In this document: piece after piece, positions 18,694 to 28,846 of the stretch
Position numbering within the stretch: position 1 is the first letter of the stretch
Layout: every line of letters begins with the position of its first letter
Origin: Sulfurospirillum sp.
GTDB lineage: Bacteria > Campylobacterota > Campylobacteria > Campylobacterales > Sulfurospirillaceae
Length of the DNA: 63,035 nucleotides
Assembly (NCBI GenBank): GCA_045047115.1
Contig: JASFYR010000011.1
Location: 1-63,035 of the forward strand
Direction of reading: 5' to 3'
Made by a program: the position numbers and the translations under genes
The notes under the pieces: generated by a model
Told to the model about the DNA's origin: nothing
The model's database searches: none
The model's input: the letters and a program-made list of their open reading frames with translations, nothing else

Positions 18694-19251
18694 CTACTTG
18701 ACTTCATTGTATGCGCGGGTTATCGCGGTCATGTTGGCGTCTATAATCTTTTGTGGAAATTTACTCAAAACTTTAAGCATAGCATTTTTAAAGTACTCTA
18801 TATCAAACATTTCTGATACCCTCATCAAGGCCCCAAGCATCGGGGTATTTGGTATGGCCCTTCCTATAGTATCCATAGAGATCTTCATGCAATCTACTAC
18901 ATGTACGGATTTGCCCTCCAATTTTGGTATGAGTTTTATCAATTCGTTTTTGGGAAGATGAGAAGTTATGATGTAGCGTGTATCCTCTTTTTCATTTGCG
19001 GTTATATCAGCTGAAAATGCAAGAGCAGGGTCAATTACAAGCACATAATCAGGTTTCATAAATTTTTCGTGATTTATGATAGGCTCATCATCTATCCTAT
19101 TATATGCTGTCATCGCCGCACCTCTTTTGGCTGAACCGTAAAAGGCAAATGCCTGCACCTCTTTGCCTGTATTTGCCACAACATCACCAAGCCCTTTAGC
19201 TCCCGTAACTGCACCTTGTCCGGCACGACTATGCCATCTTATCTCTAACAT
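18694..19251 (-). CDS. porC: Pyruvate:ferredoxin oxidoreductase gamma subunit
   Basis: EIRWHSRAGQGAVT, YGSAKRG, PNTPMLGA. Confidence 0.92.
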   Translation of the reverse strand: MLEIRWHSRAGQGAVTGAKGLGDVVANTGKEVQAFAFYGSAKRGAAMTAYNRIDDEPIINHEKFMKPDYVLVIDPALAFSADITANEKEDTRYIITSHLPKNELIKLIPKLEGKSVHVVDCMKISMDTIGRAIPNTPMLGALMRVSEMFDIEYFKNAMLKVLSKFPQKIIDANMTAITRAYNEVK

Positions 19252-19436
19252 ACAATCTCCTTGTCGAGTTTTTGTTTATACTTACTACAGTTTAAATACC
19301 CTGTAACAGGACTTTTGAGACTCTAGAGAGTATAAATAAGATAAATTTTGTCCTATTTTATGAAAAGCCGGCTTAAGTTAAGCTTTAATGCTGTTTTTTT
19401 TGATATAATTTCGCCAATCAAAAAAAAGAGTGAGAT

Positions 19437-20624
19437 ATGATTTTTAAAAAAGAGAACTATTTTTTATCGCAACCGCATCAACCATTTTTTATATTAGGTG
19501 TAGTAAATGCAACTATTTTTATGTTTATTTTTATGCTGGCTTACAAGGGTGTAGTTGATTTGAAGACAACAATCCCTTTTTTTCATGCTTATTCACTCAT
19601 ATTTTTGGTTTTTACCAACTTTTTTATAGGTTTTTTGTTTACCACTTTTCCTAGATTTAACCAAAGTGAGACTGTATCGAAAAAATTTTATGTAAATCTT
19701 TTTTACACCAATGTTATAGGCTCGATTCTATTTTTATGCGCTGTGATTATCTCAGGAATTTTTACTTTTTTTGCGATGTTTTTACTTTTTATTTCTTATG
19801 TTTTTATGGTTTTAAAACTTCAAAATATATACAATGAGGGATACTCTGTAAACAAAAAAGACTCTTTTTGGATTTTGATGGCTTTTTACTTTGGTATTGT
19901 AGGGCAGATTCTGTTTTTGGCAGCAAAGCAGGGTGTCGATATTGAAAATCTAGCGGTTAATTTGTCATTTTATCTTTATCTTATATTTTTATCTTTCATC
20001 GTTGCCCAAAGGATGATTCCATTTTTTTCACACTCAATGGAACCAAAAGACAGCAGATTTATAAGTGCAGTGTTTATGCTTTTTCTTTTGAAAGTTATAT
20101 GTTCCACGTTTGAAATATACTATTTTGTAAAGATATTCGAGGCTTTGCTAGATGCCGTTACCGGGCTCTACATGCTAAAAGAGTTTTTTAGATGGAAACT
20201 TTTAAAGCCGGGTTTACCGGCGATTTTGTGGGTTTTACACTTGGGTCTTTTCTGGCTGCCGATTGCCTTCTTGCTCTCTTCTTTGGGTTTGGTTGTTGAA
20301 TTGTTATTTGATATTAGTTTCTATTTTCTAGGCATCCACCTTGTGGCTTTAGGGTTTTTGACGACAGTTTTCGTAGGTTTTGGTACAAGAGTAGTTTTGG
20401 GGCACTCCGGTCAAACTCCACATGCTGATAATTTTGCTAAAAACATCTTTTTATTTATACAGTTTGTACTTTTGACAAGAGTGTTTTTCAGTCTAAATGT
20501 AGGCTTTGGCTGGGGGATGAACTTTATATTTGATATATCAGTAAGTGCTTGGTTGTTCCTGTTTTTAGTCTGGGGTTTCAGATATGGCAGAATTTTATTG
20601 TTCAAGCAAAATCCTGCTCACTAA
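19437..20624 (+). CDS. nnrS: NnrS family membrane protein
   Basis: PHQPFF, HAYSLIF, GFLFT.FP, RMIPFF, RVVLGHSG; ~12 TM segments. Confidence 0.85.
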   Translation: MIFKKENYFLSQPHQPFFILGVVNATIFMFIFMLAYKGVVDLKTTIPFFHAYSLIFLVFTNFFIGFLFTTFPRFNQSETVSKKFYVNLFYTNVIGSILFLCAVIISGIFTFFAMFLLFISYVFMVLKLQNIYNEGYSVNKKDSFWILMAFYFGIVGQILFLAAKQGVDIENLAVNLSFYLYLIFLSFIVAQRMIPFFSHSMEPKDSRFISAVFMLFLLKVICSTFEIYYFVKIFEALLDAVTGLYMLKEFFRWKLLKPGLPAILWVLHLGLFWLPIAFLLSSLGLVVELLFDISFYFLGIHLVALGFLTTVFVGFGTRVVLGHSGQTPHADNFAKNIFLFIQFVLLTRVFFSLNVGFGWGMNFIFDISVSAWLFLFLVWGFRYGRILLFKQNPAH

Positions 20625-20683
20625 AGAAACAAAAAGTAAGTTTTGGATAGAATAGAGCGAAAAATACATAAAATAGGTAAAAT

Positions 20684-21529
20684 ATGATATATGAACACGA
20701 GATACCAACAGGCAGTAAACTATATTTTGGAAAGAGTGCCAAACTCAAAAGAGAGATAGAGAGTGTTGCAAGTAGAATTTTTGAGCAGAAGGGTTTTGAA
20801 GAGATTGTCACCCCTTTTCTCTCATATCATCAGCATGGAAATATAACAGAAAAAGAGCTTATAAGATTTTCTGATGGAACAAATCATATACTCTCTTTGA
20901 GAGCAGACAGTACAATGGATGTCGTAAGACTGATGAGCAAAAGACTGGGCCGTAGCACTACTCAAGATAAATGGTTTTACATACAGCCTGTTTTTAAATT
21001 TCCAAGTTTTGAGATAAATCAAATAGGTGCTGAATTTGTAGGTGCTAAAAATCTCTCATTTGGCGTAGATATAAGCTCTCTTGTATTTAGTGAATTCAGA
21101 CTCTCCCCGCTTCTTCAGATATGCAATATAAATATACCAAATATGTTAGCAAAAAAGTTTGATTTGGATATTGGGATATTTGAAAGAGGCGAGATAGAGA
21201 AACTCTTCTCTTTAAAGATGCCATGGTTGGACGGCTTGGTAAAAACTCAGAGTTTGGAACAGCTTAATGCAGTCATGGATATAGCACCTAAAGATATACA
21301 GAAGGAACTCATCAAAATGCGAGAGATGAATGAGAAAATAACCTATGATAGAGTCGTTTTTTCACCTCTGTATTATGCCAGAATGAGGTATTATGATGGT
21401 CTGTTTTTTAGATTTATAGAGAAAAATCTAACTTTGGGACTTGGTGGAAATTATGAGTGTGATGGAGTAAAATCAGCAGGATTTGCTCTATATACAGACG
21501 CAGTTATAGATACAATTTTAAAAAAGTAG
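20684..21529 (+). CDS. hisZ: ATP phosphoribosyltransferase regulatory subunit
   Basis: EEIVTP, LRADST, QIGAE, YYDGLFF, GG.Y; directly upstream of purA. Confidence 0.88.
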   Translation: MIYEHEIPTGSKLYFGKSAKLKREIESVASRIFEQKGFEEIVTPFLSYHQHGNITEKELIRFSDGTNHILSLRADSTMDVVRLMSKRLGRSTTQDKWFYIQPVFKFPSFEINQIGAEFVGAKNLSFGVDISSLVFSEFRLSPLLQICNINIPNMLAKKFDLDIGIFERGEIEKLFSLKMPWLDGLVKTQSLEQLNAVMDIAPKDIQKELIKMREMNEKITYDRVVFSPLYYARMRYYDGLFFRFIEKNLTLGLGGNYECDGVKSAGFALYTDAVIDTILKK

Positions 21530-22792
<1,263 letters not shown>

Positions 22793-22799
22793 TATAAGT

Positions 22800-23219
22800 A
22801 TGCCTATAGTTTTTTCTAAAATATCTAAGATAAACAGACAAAAATTAGATAAGCTAGAGAGTGAGCTTTTTATGATTAAATCTGAAATAAAAAAGATAAA
22901 AAGAAACATAAAAGAGACATACAGTTATATAGACAATCTTATTATCCCTCAAAACGGGACTATAAAAGAGTTTAATGTTTTTGCTCAAAGAAGAAAAGTG
23001 CTAAATCTTCAAAAAGACAGACAAAAGAGGGATTTACATAAAAAAGAGGTAAAATTATCTCATAAATATGAAGAGTATAAAAAGGCAAAATTAGAGTATG
23101 AAAAGATAAAATATCTTAAAGAACAAGAGATAGCCAAAAAATTAAAAAAGATAAAAAAAGATGAACAAAAAGAGTTAGATGAGATGTCAAATCTGCTCTT
23201 TAAAAGGAATAAACAGTGA
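22800..23219 (+). CDS. FliJ-like coiled-coil protein
   Basis: Lys/Glu-rich coiled coil ending EQKELDE; conserved purA-fliJ-motE order. Confidence 0.65.
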   Translation: MPIVFSKISKINRQKLDKLESELFMIKSEIKKIKRNIKETYSYIDNLIIPQNGTIKEFNVFAQRRKVLNLQKDRQKRDLHKKEVKLSHKYEEYKKAKLEYEKIKYLKEQEIAKKLKKIKKDEQKELDEMSNLLFKRNKQ

Positions 23220-23743
23220 AAAGCATTTTTTTTATACTGTCATTGGTTTTGTTTTCCTACGCAAGCAGTGTGGATTGCAATCAAATCTTTGAGAGTAGAA
23301 AATCAGAACTCCTTAAAGATATAGAGAAGATAGATGAGGCAAGACAATCTTTTGAAGCACTGAAGGCTGCTACAAATGCCCTGTTTGAGAAACAAAAAAC
23401 GCATATACAAGAGGAAAATAGAAAACTTGATAATAAAAAAGCCGGTCTTGAAAAAAAACAGAAACATATAGAAGAGTTGATAGCTCAAAACAAAAAGCTT
23501 TTAGAGTTGATAAAAAATGCAAAAAACAACAAACTAAGCGAGACATATACCAAGATGAAAGATTCTGCGGCAGCCAGTGTCTTTGAAGACATGGATACAG
23601 TGCAGGCAAGCTCTATTATATTTACACTGACTGCAAAAAAAATATCAAAAATTTTAGCTAAAATGGATCCTAAAAAAGCCTCTAAAATAACACTGAGACT
23701 ACAGCAAGGCCCACCGTTTACAGTGATGAAAAAAAAGAAATAG
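23216..23743 (+). CDS. MotE/MgtE_N-like periplasmic protein
   Basis: DCNQIFESRK, Y.KMKDS.AA, ILAKMDPKKAS. Confidence 0.75.
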   Translation: MKSIFFILSLVLFSYASSVDCNQIFESRKSELLKDIEKIDEARQSFEALKAATNALFEKQKTHIQEENRKLDNKKAGLEKKQKHIEELIAQNKKLLELIKNAKNNKLSETYTKMKDSAAASVFEDMDTVQASSIIFTLTAKKISKILAKMDPKKASKITLRLQQGPPFTVMKKKK

Positions 23744-23766
23744 ATGAAATTCCAAAGGATTAGAAT

Positions 23767-24381
23767 TTGGATTTATTGAGTATTTTTACTTTTATAGGTG
23801 CTATTTTTATCTTTATGGCAACACCGGGACCTGGAGTTTTAGCAGTCATCTCAAGGGCTCTTGGCTCTGGTTTCTCGCACGCGATGTTTATGTCCTTGGG
23901 TATGGTTTTGGGAGATATTATCTTTTTATTGCTTACAATTTTTGGTTTGAGTGTCATTGCTTCAACTTTTTCGACTATATTTATAATTATAAAAATTTTA
24001 GGTGGCATATATCTTATCTATCTGGGTATTAAAATGTATATGTCAAAAACTTCTTATTTTGATACAAATATAAAAGAAAGCAGTAGTTTTGCCGGAGATT
24101 TTTTTGCCGGAGTTTTTATTACTCTTAGCAATCCAAAAGTGATAGCTTTTTATGTTGGATTTTTGCCTACCTTTATAGATTTGTCAAATCTGACTTATGA
24201 AGATACCGCTTTGGTTGTTTTCTTAGTGCTTACAATCCTCTCTTTGATACTCTCATCATATGCCTACTTTGCTTCGAAGGCAAAAGAATCAATAAGGCAT
24301 AAAAAGACACAAACTATCTTGAACAGAGTTGCCGGTACTGTTATGATATTTGTAGGTGGCTTGTTAATACTTAAAAAATAA
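23767..24381 (+). CDS. LysE/RhtB family amino acid exporter
   Basis: TPGPG, GGIYLIYLG, LSNPKVIAFY. Confidence 0.92.
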   Translation: MDLLSIFTFIGAIFIFMATPGPGVLAVISRALGSGFSHAMFMSLGMVLGDIIFLLLTIFGLSVIASTFSTIFIIIKILGGIYLIYLGIKMYMSKTSYFDTNIKESSSFAGDFFAGVFITLSNPKVIAFYVGFLPTFIDLSNLTYEDTALVVFLVLTILSLILSSYAYFASKAKESIRHKKTQTILNRVAGTVMIFVGGLLILKK

Positions 24382-24488
24382 TGAGACTACTTTAATATAA
24401 AAATATTTCTGTGACATTTTTGCATATAAACAGATATTTACCTAACTTTGGATAAAATGTAAAAAATCTAATAAAGTAAGGTTGAGTG

Positions 24489-25043
24489 ATGAAAGTCAGA
24501 TTGCCTCATGCTCCCTATATTGCAAATAAAATAGCGATTGATATGTTAAATAGTGGATTTATAAAATTGTTGCAAGGCTTAGAGCCTGTTGCTAAAATCT
24601 CTAAAGAATTTTTAGAAGAAGATATAAAAAAAGAGATTGCTCTTGAAGAGAGAGTTGATGATATTCTTGATGACAATGACGATGAGATAGAGTTTCGTCA
24701 AGTCGATAGAAGAAATATGTTTTGGCTTATAAAAAAGAAATTGGCCAAAGAGTACGGAGTAATTTTATCTTATGAAGATAGGTTCAGTGAAGTCTCACAC
24801 AAAATATTAGAGAGACTTTGGAAAGAGGATTTGATAGATTATTCGGTCTCAGAGAACAGAGTCAAAAATGTTATCTACACTTCGATGGAAAGTTATCTTG
24901 AGAATTTTGAAGGTATAGAGGATACTGTGGCTGATCAGATAGATAACTATAAAAGAAAGCTAGTACCTGGATCTGCTGAATATGATCTTGTATTTGAAAA
25001 ATTATATGAAGAAGAGTTGAAAAGAAGAGGCATGGCACTATGA
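24489..25043 (+). CDS. DUF507 family protein
   Basis: MKVRLPHAPYIA..., LVPGS.EYD...YEEELKRRG. Confidence 0.8.
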   Translation: MKVRLPHAPYIANKIAIDMLNSGFIKLLQGLEPVAKISKEFLEEDIKKEIALEERVDDILDDNDDEIEFRQVDRRNMFWLIKKKLAKEYGVILSYEDRFSEVSHKILERLWKEDLIDYSVSENRVKNVIYTSMESYLENFEGIEDTVADQIDNYKRKLVPGSAEYDLVFEKLYEEELKRRGMAL

Positions 25044-26170
25044 GTCTCAAACCCGTTTGGATATATATCGAAAGTGGTATATTTTTAGAAGCCAAAAGCT
25101 TTGGCAGTGAGGGCACAAGAGTCGGAGAGATAGTTTTTAATACATCTATGAGCGGTTATCAGGAGATTATGAGTGATCCTAGCTATGCCGGACAGTATGT
25201 TGTCTTCACTATGCCTGAGATTGGAATAGTCGGTGTAAATGATGATGATATGGAAAGTAAAGCAGTACATGCGAGCGGCATGATAGTGAGAAATTATAAT
25301 AAGGATTTTTCAAATTTTAGAGCACAGGAAACTTTGGATAAGTTTATCCAAAAGCACGAGGCTATGGGAATTTGCGATATAGATACAAGATTCTTGACTA
25401 AACAGATAAGAGACAATGGAGCCAAAATGATGATAGCTTCAACTGAAATTTCAGATAAAAACAAACTCAAAAAGATACTTGAGGATTTCCCTAGAATTGA
25501 AGAGGTTGATTTTATACAAGAGGTTAGCACAAAAGAGAAGTATATGCATAAAAGTGGTGCCTGGGATAGTGTAGCCCAAAAATACAAAGACATAAAAGAC
25601 AACGCAGAGAAAAAAGTTGTAGTGATTGATTTTGGTGTAAAGAGAAATATCTTGAATGAGCTCTGTGAGGCTGGACTAAGTGTTGAAGTGATGCCTAGTG
25701 ATTTTGATGCGGATGATTTGATAAAAAGATATAAAAATGGTGACATGGACGGCGTGTTTTTATCAAATGGACCAGGCGATCCTATGTATTATAAAACTGA
25801 AGTGCAGAAGATAAAAAAGTTGATAGGTGCTGATATACCTATGTTTGCGATATGTTTGGGACATCAGCTTTTAAGTATAGCACACGGGCACCCTACATAT
25901 AAACTGGCTTTTGGACAACACGGAGGAAATCACCCTGTCAGAAATGAAAAGAGCAAAGTAGTTGAGATAACAGCACAAAATCACAACTACAATGTGCCTG
26001 ACTCTATCTGTTCTATCGCGAAAATTACACATATAAATCTATTTGACAACACTATAGAGGGTGTCGACTATGATGATAAACCGATATTTTCAGTACAACA
26101 TCATCCTGAAGCGAGTCCGGGACCGCATGACAGCAAGTATATATTTAGAGAATTTGTGCAGAGACTGTAA
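25040..26170 (+). CDS. carA: Carbamoyl-phosphate synthase small subunit
   Basis: GEIVFNT, DPSYAGQ, SNGPGDP, ICLGHQ, QHHPEASPGPHD. Confidence 0.97.
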   Translation: MSLKPVWIYIESGIFLEAKSFGSEGTRVGEIVFNTSMSGYQEIMSDPSYAGQYVVFTMPEIGIVGVNDDDMESKAVHASGMIVRNYNKDFSNFRAQETLDKFIQKHEAMGICDIDTRFLTKQIRDNGAKMMIASTEISDKNKLKKILEDFPRIEEVDFIQEVSTKEKYMHKSGAWDSVAQKYKDIKDNAEKKVVVIDFGVKRNILNELCEAGLSVEVMPSDFDADDLIKRYKNGDMDGVFLSNGPGDPMYYKTEVQKIKKLIGADIPMFAICLGHQLLSIAHGHPTYKLAFGQHGGNHPVRNEKSKVVEITAQNHNYNVPDSICSIAKITHINLFDNTIEGVDYDDKPIFSVQHHPEASPGPHDSKYIFREFVQRL

Positions 26171-26182
26171 GAGGATACCCAC

Positions 26183-26872
26183 ATAGATACTATAAATATT
26201 TCTACCATAGTCATTGTAGCATTTCTAGGAAGTTTGGGGCACTGCATAGGTATGTGTGGAGGTTTTATAGTAGCATACAGTAGCTCTAAGATAGATGCCA
26301 AATCTTCAAAATTCAGGCAGTTTGTCTCTCATGCTTTTTATAGTTTTGGCAGAATTACATCTTATATCTTCATAGGTATGGCTTCAGGAGCTTTGGGTAG
26401 TGTGGTTGCATTTTCTAAAACATCTATGGGGTATTTTTACTTTTTTATCGGTATATTTATGATTTTTATGGGTTTTTCTCTGATGGGGAAAATCAGATTT
26501 TTAACTTCGCTTGAATCTTCACTTGCCACAAACAACTTTGTAAAAAATATTTTCTCATTTTTAATTCACTCCAAGAGTATATACAGTTTTTACGGGCTAG
26601 GTATGTTAAATGGTTTCTTGCCTTGTGGATTGGTTTACTTCTTTGCTGTTTCCGCTGCTACTACCGGCTCGGTTTTTTGGGGTGGCTTTACGATGTTGAT
26701 TTTCGGGTTATCTACTATGCCGGCACTTTTGGGTTTTGGATATATAGTTGGATTTTTAAAAGGCAGCAGTTTTAGAGAGATAATGATAAAGGTAGCTTCT
26801 GTTGTAATTATCTTGTATGGAATATATATGTCGTATCTTGGATATATGTCAGTTGTCAGTTGTCTAAAATGA
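26183..26872 (+). CDS. DsbD_2/TauE-SafE-like membrane protein (cbb3 biogenesis-associated); probable ATA start
   Basis: HCIGMCGG and GFLPCGLVY. The first TM segment (IDTINISTIVIVAFLGS) lies upstream of the ORF-track TTG. Confidence 0.82.
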   Translation: MDTINISTIVIVAFLGSLGHCIGMCGGFIVAYSSSKIDAKSSKFRQFVSHAFYSFGRITSYIFIGMASGALGSVVAFSKTSMGYFYFFIGIFMIFMGFSLMGKIRFLTSLESSLATNNFVKNIFSFLIHSKSIYSFYGLGMLNGFLPCGLVYFFAVSAATTGSVFWGGFTMLIFGLSTMPALLGFGYIVGFLKGSSFREIMIKVASVVIILYGIYMSYLGYMSVVSCLK

Positions 26873-27966
26873 CTTTAGACCAATATAAAAATGCGATAGA
26901 ACAGAGTAATATAGTTTCTAAAACAGATATAAACGGTATAATAACTTTTGTAAATGATGAGTTTTGTAAGATTTTTGAATACACAAGAGAGGAGCTCATA
27001 GGTAAAAATCATAATATCGTTAGACATCCTGATGTCCCAAAAGAGATATTTAAGAGTCTATGGGATACGATTTTGGCAAAAAAGACATATAAAGCGATGG
27101 TGAAAAACCTCTCAAAATACGGCAAAACTCTCTATGTAAATACAACCGTGATACCTATCTTAGATAAAAGAGGAGAAATAGAAGAGTTTATCGCCATAAG
27201 ATACGATATGACTGAGAGTGTAGAGTTGGCACGCCAAATGCAGGAAAAAGACAGATTTCTTTTTCAACAGTCCAGGCTTGCTGCAATGGGAGAGATGATA
27301 GGAAATATCGCACATCAATGGCGTCAGCCTCTAAATGAGCTAGGTATCACTGTTTATCAAATGAAAAAATTTTTTTTATCTGATAAAAGAGAGAAAGAAT
27401 TTTTGCAGAGTTATGATCACTCTAAAGATGTGATAAAAAAAATGTCGAGCACTATAGAGGATTTTAGGAATTTTTTTAATCCGAATAAACAAAAAGAGAT
27501 ATTTCTTTTAAGAGATGCGATTGATGAGCTTTTAAGGATGATGCAAGGAAGTATACAGAGGCACTCTTTGCATATAGAGGCAGAAAACAAGAAAAAGATT
27601 TATATATATGGGTTTTTTAATGAATTTAATCAAGTGATGTTAAATCTTATAAATAACTCAAAAGATGCTTTTAATCAAAGAAAAATTAAAAAAAGAGAGA
27701 TTAAAATTGCAGTTGATATAGATGAAAAGCAAAATGCAGTTATCATATACAGTGATAATGCTAAAGGTATAGATGAAAATATAATAGATAAGATTTTTGA
27801 TCCATATTTTACAACCAAACATTCAAGTGAGGGGACAGGATTGGGATTATACATGAGTGAAATGATAATTCAAAAAAGTATGAGCGGAAGTATAAAAGCC
27901 TATAATAACAAAAATGGTGCAACATTTGAGATAAAGATACCTGCACTAAAGGAGACAGTAAAATGA
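26869..27966 (+). CDS. Cytoplasmic PAS-domain sensor histidine kinase
   Basis: PAS (SKTD..G.ITFVN..F, HNIVRHPD), H-box IAHQWRQPL, DPYFTTK, GTGLGL. ATG 26869 overlaps the upstream stop. Confidence 0.93.
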   Translation: MTLDQYKNAIEQSNIVSKTDINGIITFVNDEFCKIFEYTREELIGKNHNIVRHPDVPKEIFKSLWDTILAKKTYKAMVKNLSKYGKTLYVNTTVIPILDKRGEIEEFIAIRYDMTESVELARQMQEKDRFLFQQSRLAAMGEMIGNIAHQWRQPLNELGITVYQMKKFFLSDKREKEFLQSYDHSKDVIKKMSSTIEDFRNFFNPNKQKEIFLLRDAIDELLRMMQGSIQRHSLHIEAENKKKIYIYGFFNEFNQVMLNLINNSKDAFNQRKIKKREIKIAVDIDEKQNAVIIYSDNAKGIDENIIDKIFDPYFTTKHSSEGTGLGLYMSEMIIQKSMSGSIKAYNNKNGATFEIKIPALKETVK

Positions 27967-28046
27967 AATATTCTATGCGAAGCATAAGCAATAGTCACGA
28001 GGAATTTAACTTGGGCTTTGCTCAAGTCAAAGGAGACAATAAAATG
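27963..28046 (+). repeat. Single 81 bp copy of the RBS-associated two-hairpin element between kinase and regulator
   Basis: ATGAAATATTCTATGCGAAGCATAAGC..GAGGAATTTAACTTGGGCTTTGCTCAAGTCAAAGGAGACAATAAAATG closely matches 1-80. Confidence 0.9.
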
Positions 28047-28715
28047 AATAATTTAAAAACACTTACGGTTTTATTTGTAGAAGATGAAAGCAATATAAGA
28101 ACAGCGCTGAAAAAAGCTATAAGTGATGAATTTAAAAACTTTATTTTGGCGAGAGACGGTAGTGAGGGTTTGAAAAAATTTCAAAAGTATAAGCCTGATA
28201 TCGTCATAACTGATATAATGATGCCTATAATTGATGGTTTGGAAATGTCAAGGGAGATTAAGAAGATTTCACGGGATACGCCAATTGTGGTATTGAGTGC
28301 TTTTGATGAAAAAGAGAGACTCATGAGTGCCATAAATATAGGTATAGATAAGTATTTGATGAAGCCCATTGACGCAGATGAGCTTTTGAGTACGCTTAAA
28401 TATATTTCAAAAGATATGCTTTCTCTCGGTGATACAATTGACCTTGGAAATGGATATATTTTTGATAAAATTGCAAGAGTTTTGATTAAGGATGGCAAGA
28501 CCATACCTCTTACTAAAAAAGAACTTCTCTTTATATCAATTTTGGTAAAAAATCTTGGTGCCTATGTGCTTCATGAAGAGTTAAAAAAGTATGTATGGAC
28601 AAATAAAAATGTCAGTGATGCAGCCATCAGAACATTTGTAAAAAGAGTCAGAGGAAAAACTGATAAAAACTTTATAGAAAATATTCCGGGGCTTGGATAC
28701 AAAATTAGTCTGTAA
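28044..28715 (+). CDS. OmpR-family response regulator
   Basis: FVEDE, ITDIMMP..DG, KP, winged-helix C-terminus (RTFVKRVR, GLGYK). The 27 upstream in-frame codons are repeat-derived. Confidence 0.93.
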   Translation: MNNLKTLTVLFVEDESNIRTALKKAISDEFKNFILARDGSEGLKKFQKYKPDIVITDIMMPIIDGLEMSREIKKISRDTPIVVLSAFDEKERLMSAINIGIDKYLMKPIDADELLSTLKYISKDMLSLGDTIDLGNGYIFDKIARVLIKDGKTIPLTKKELLFISILVKNLGAYVLHEELKKYVWTNKNVSDAAIRTFVKRVRGKTDKNFIENIPGLGYKISL

Positions 28716-28786
28716 AATTAATAATTATTAAATAATTATTTAATACAAATTTAATCTTATTAAGCTTTATTATATTAAGTTTGTAC

Positions 28787-28821
28787 TATAATTCTGATAA
28801 TTATGTGATAAATGTGTGACA
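28787..28821 (+). promoter_or_regulatory. cco promoter -10 box followed by three 11 bp-spaced direct repeats
   Basis: TATAAT 28787-28792; TCTGATA 28793, TGTGATA 28804, TGTGACA 28815. Confidence 0.5.
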
Positions 28822-28846
28822 TAAAAATATATTTTAGGAGGAATTG

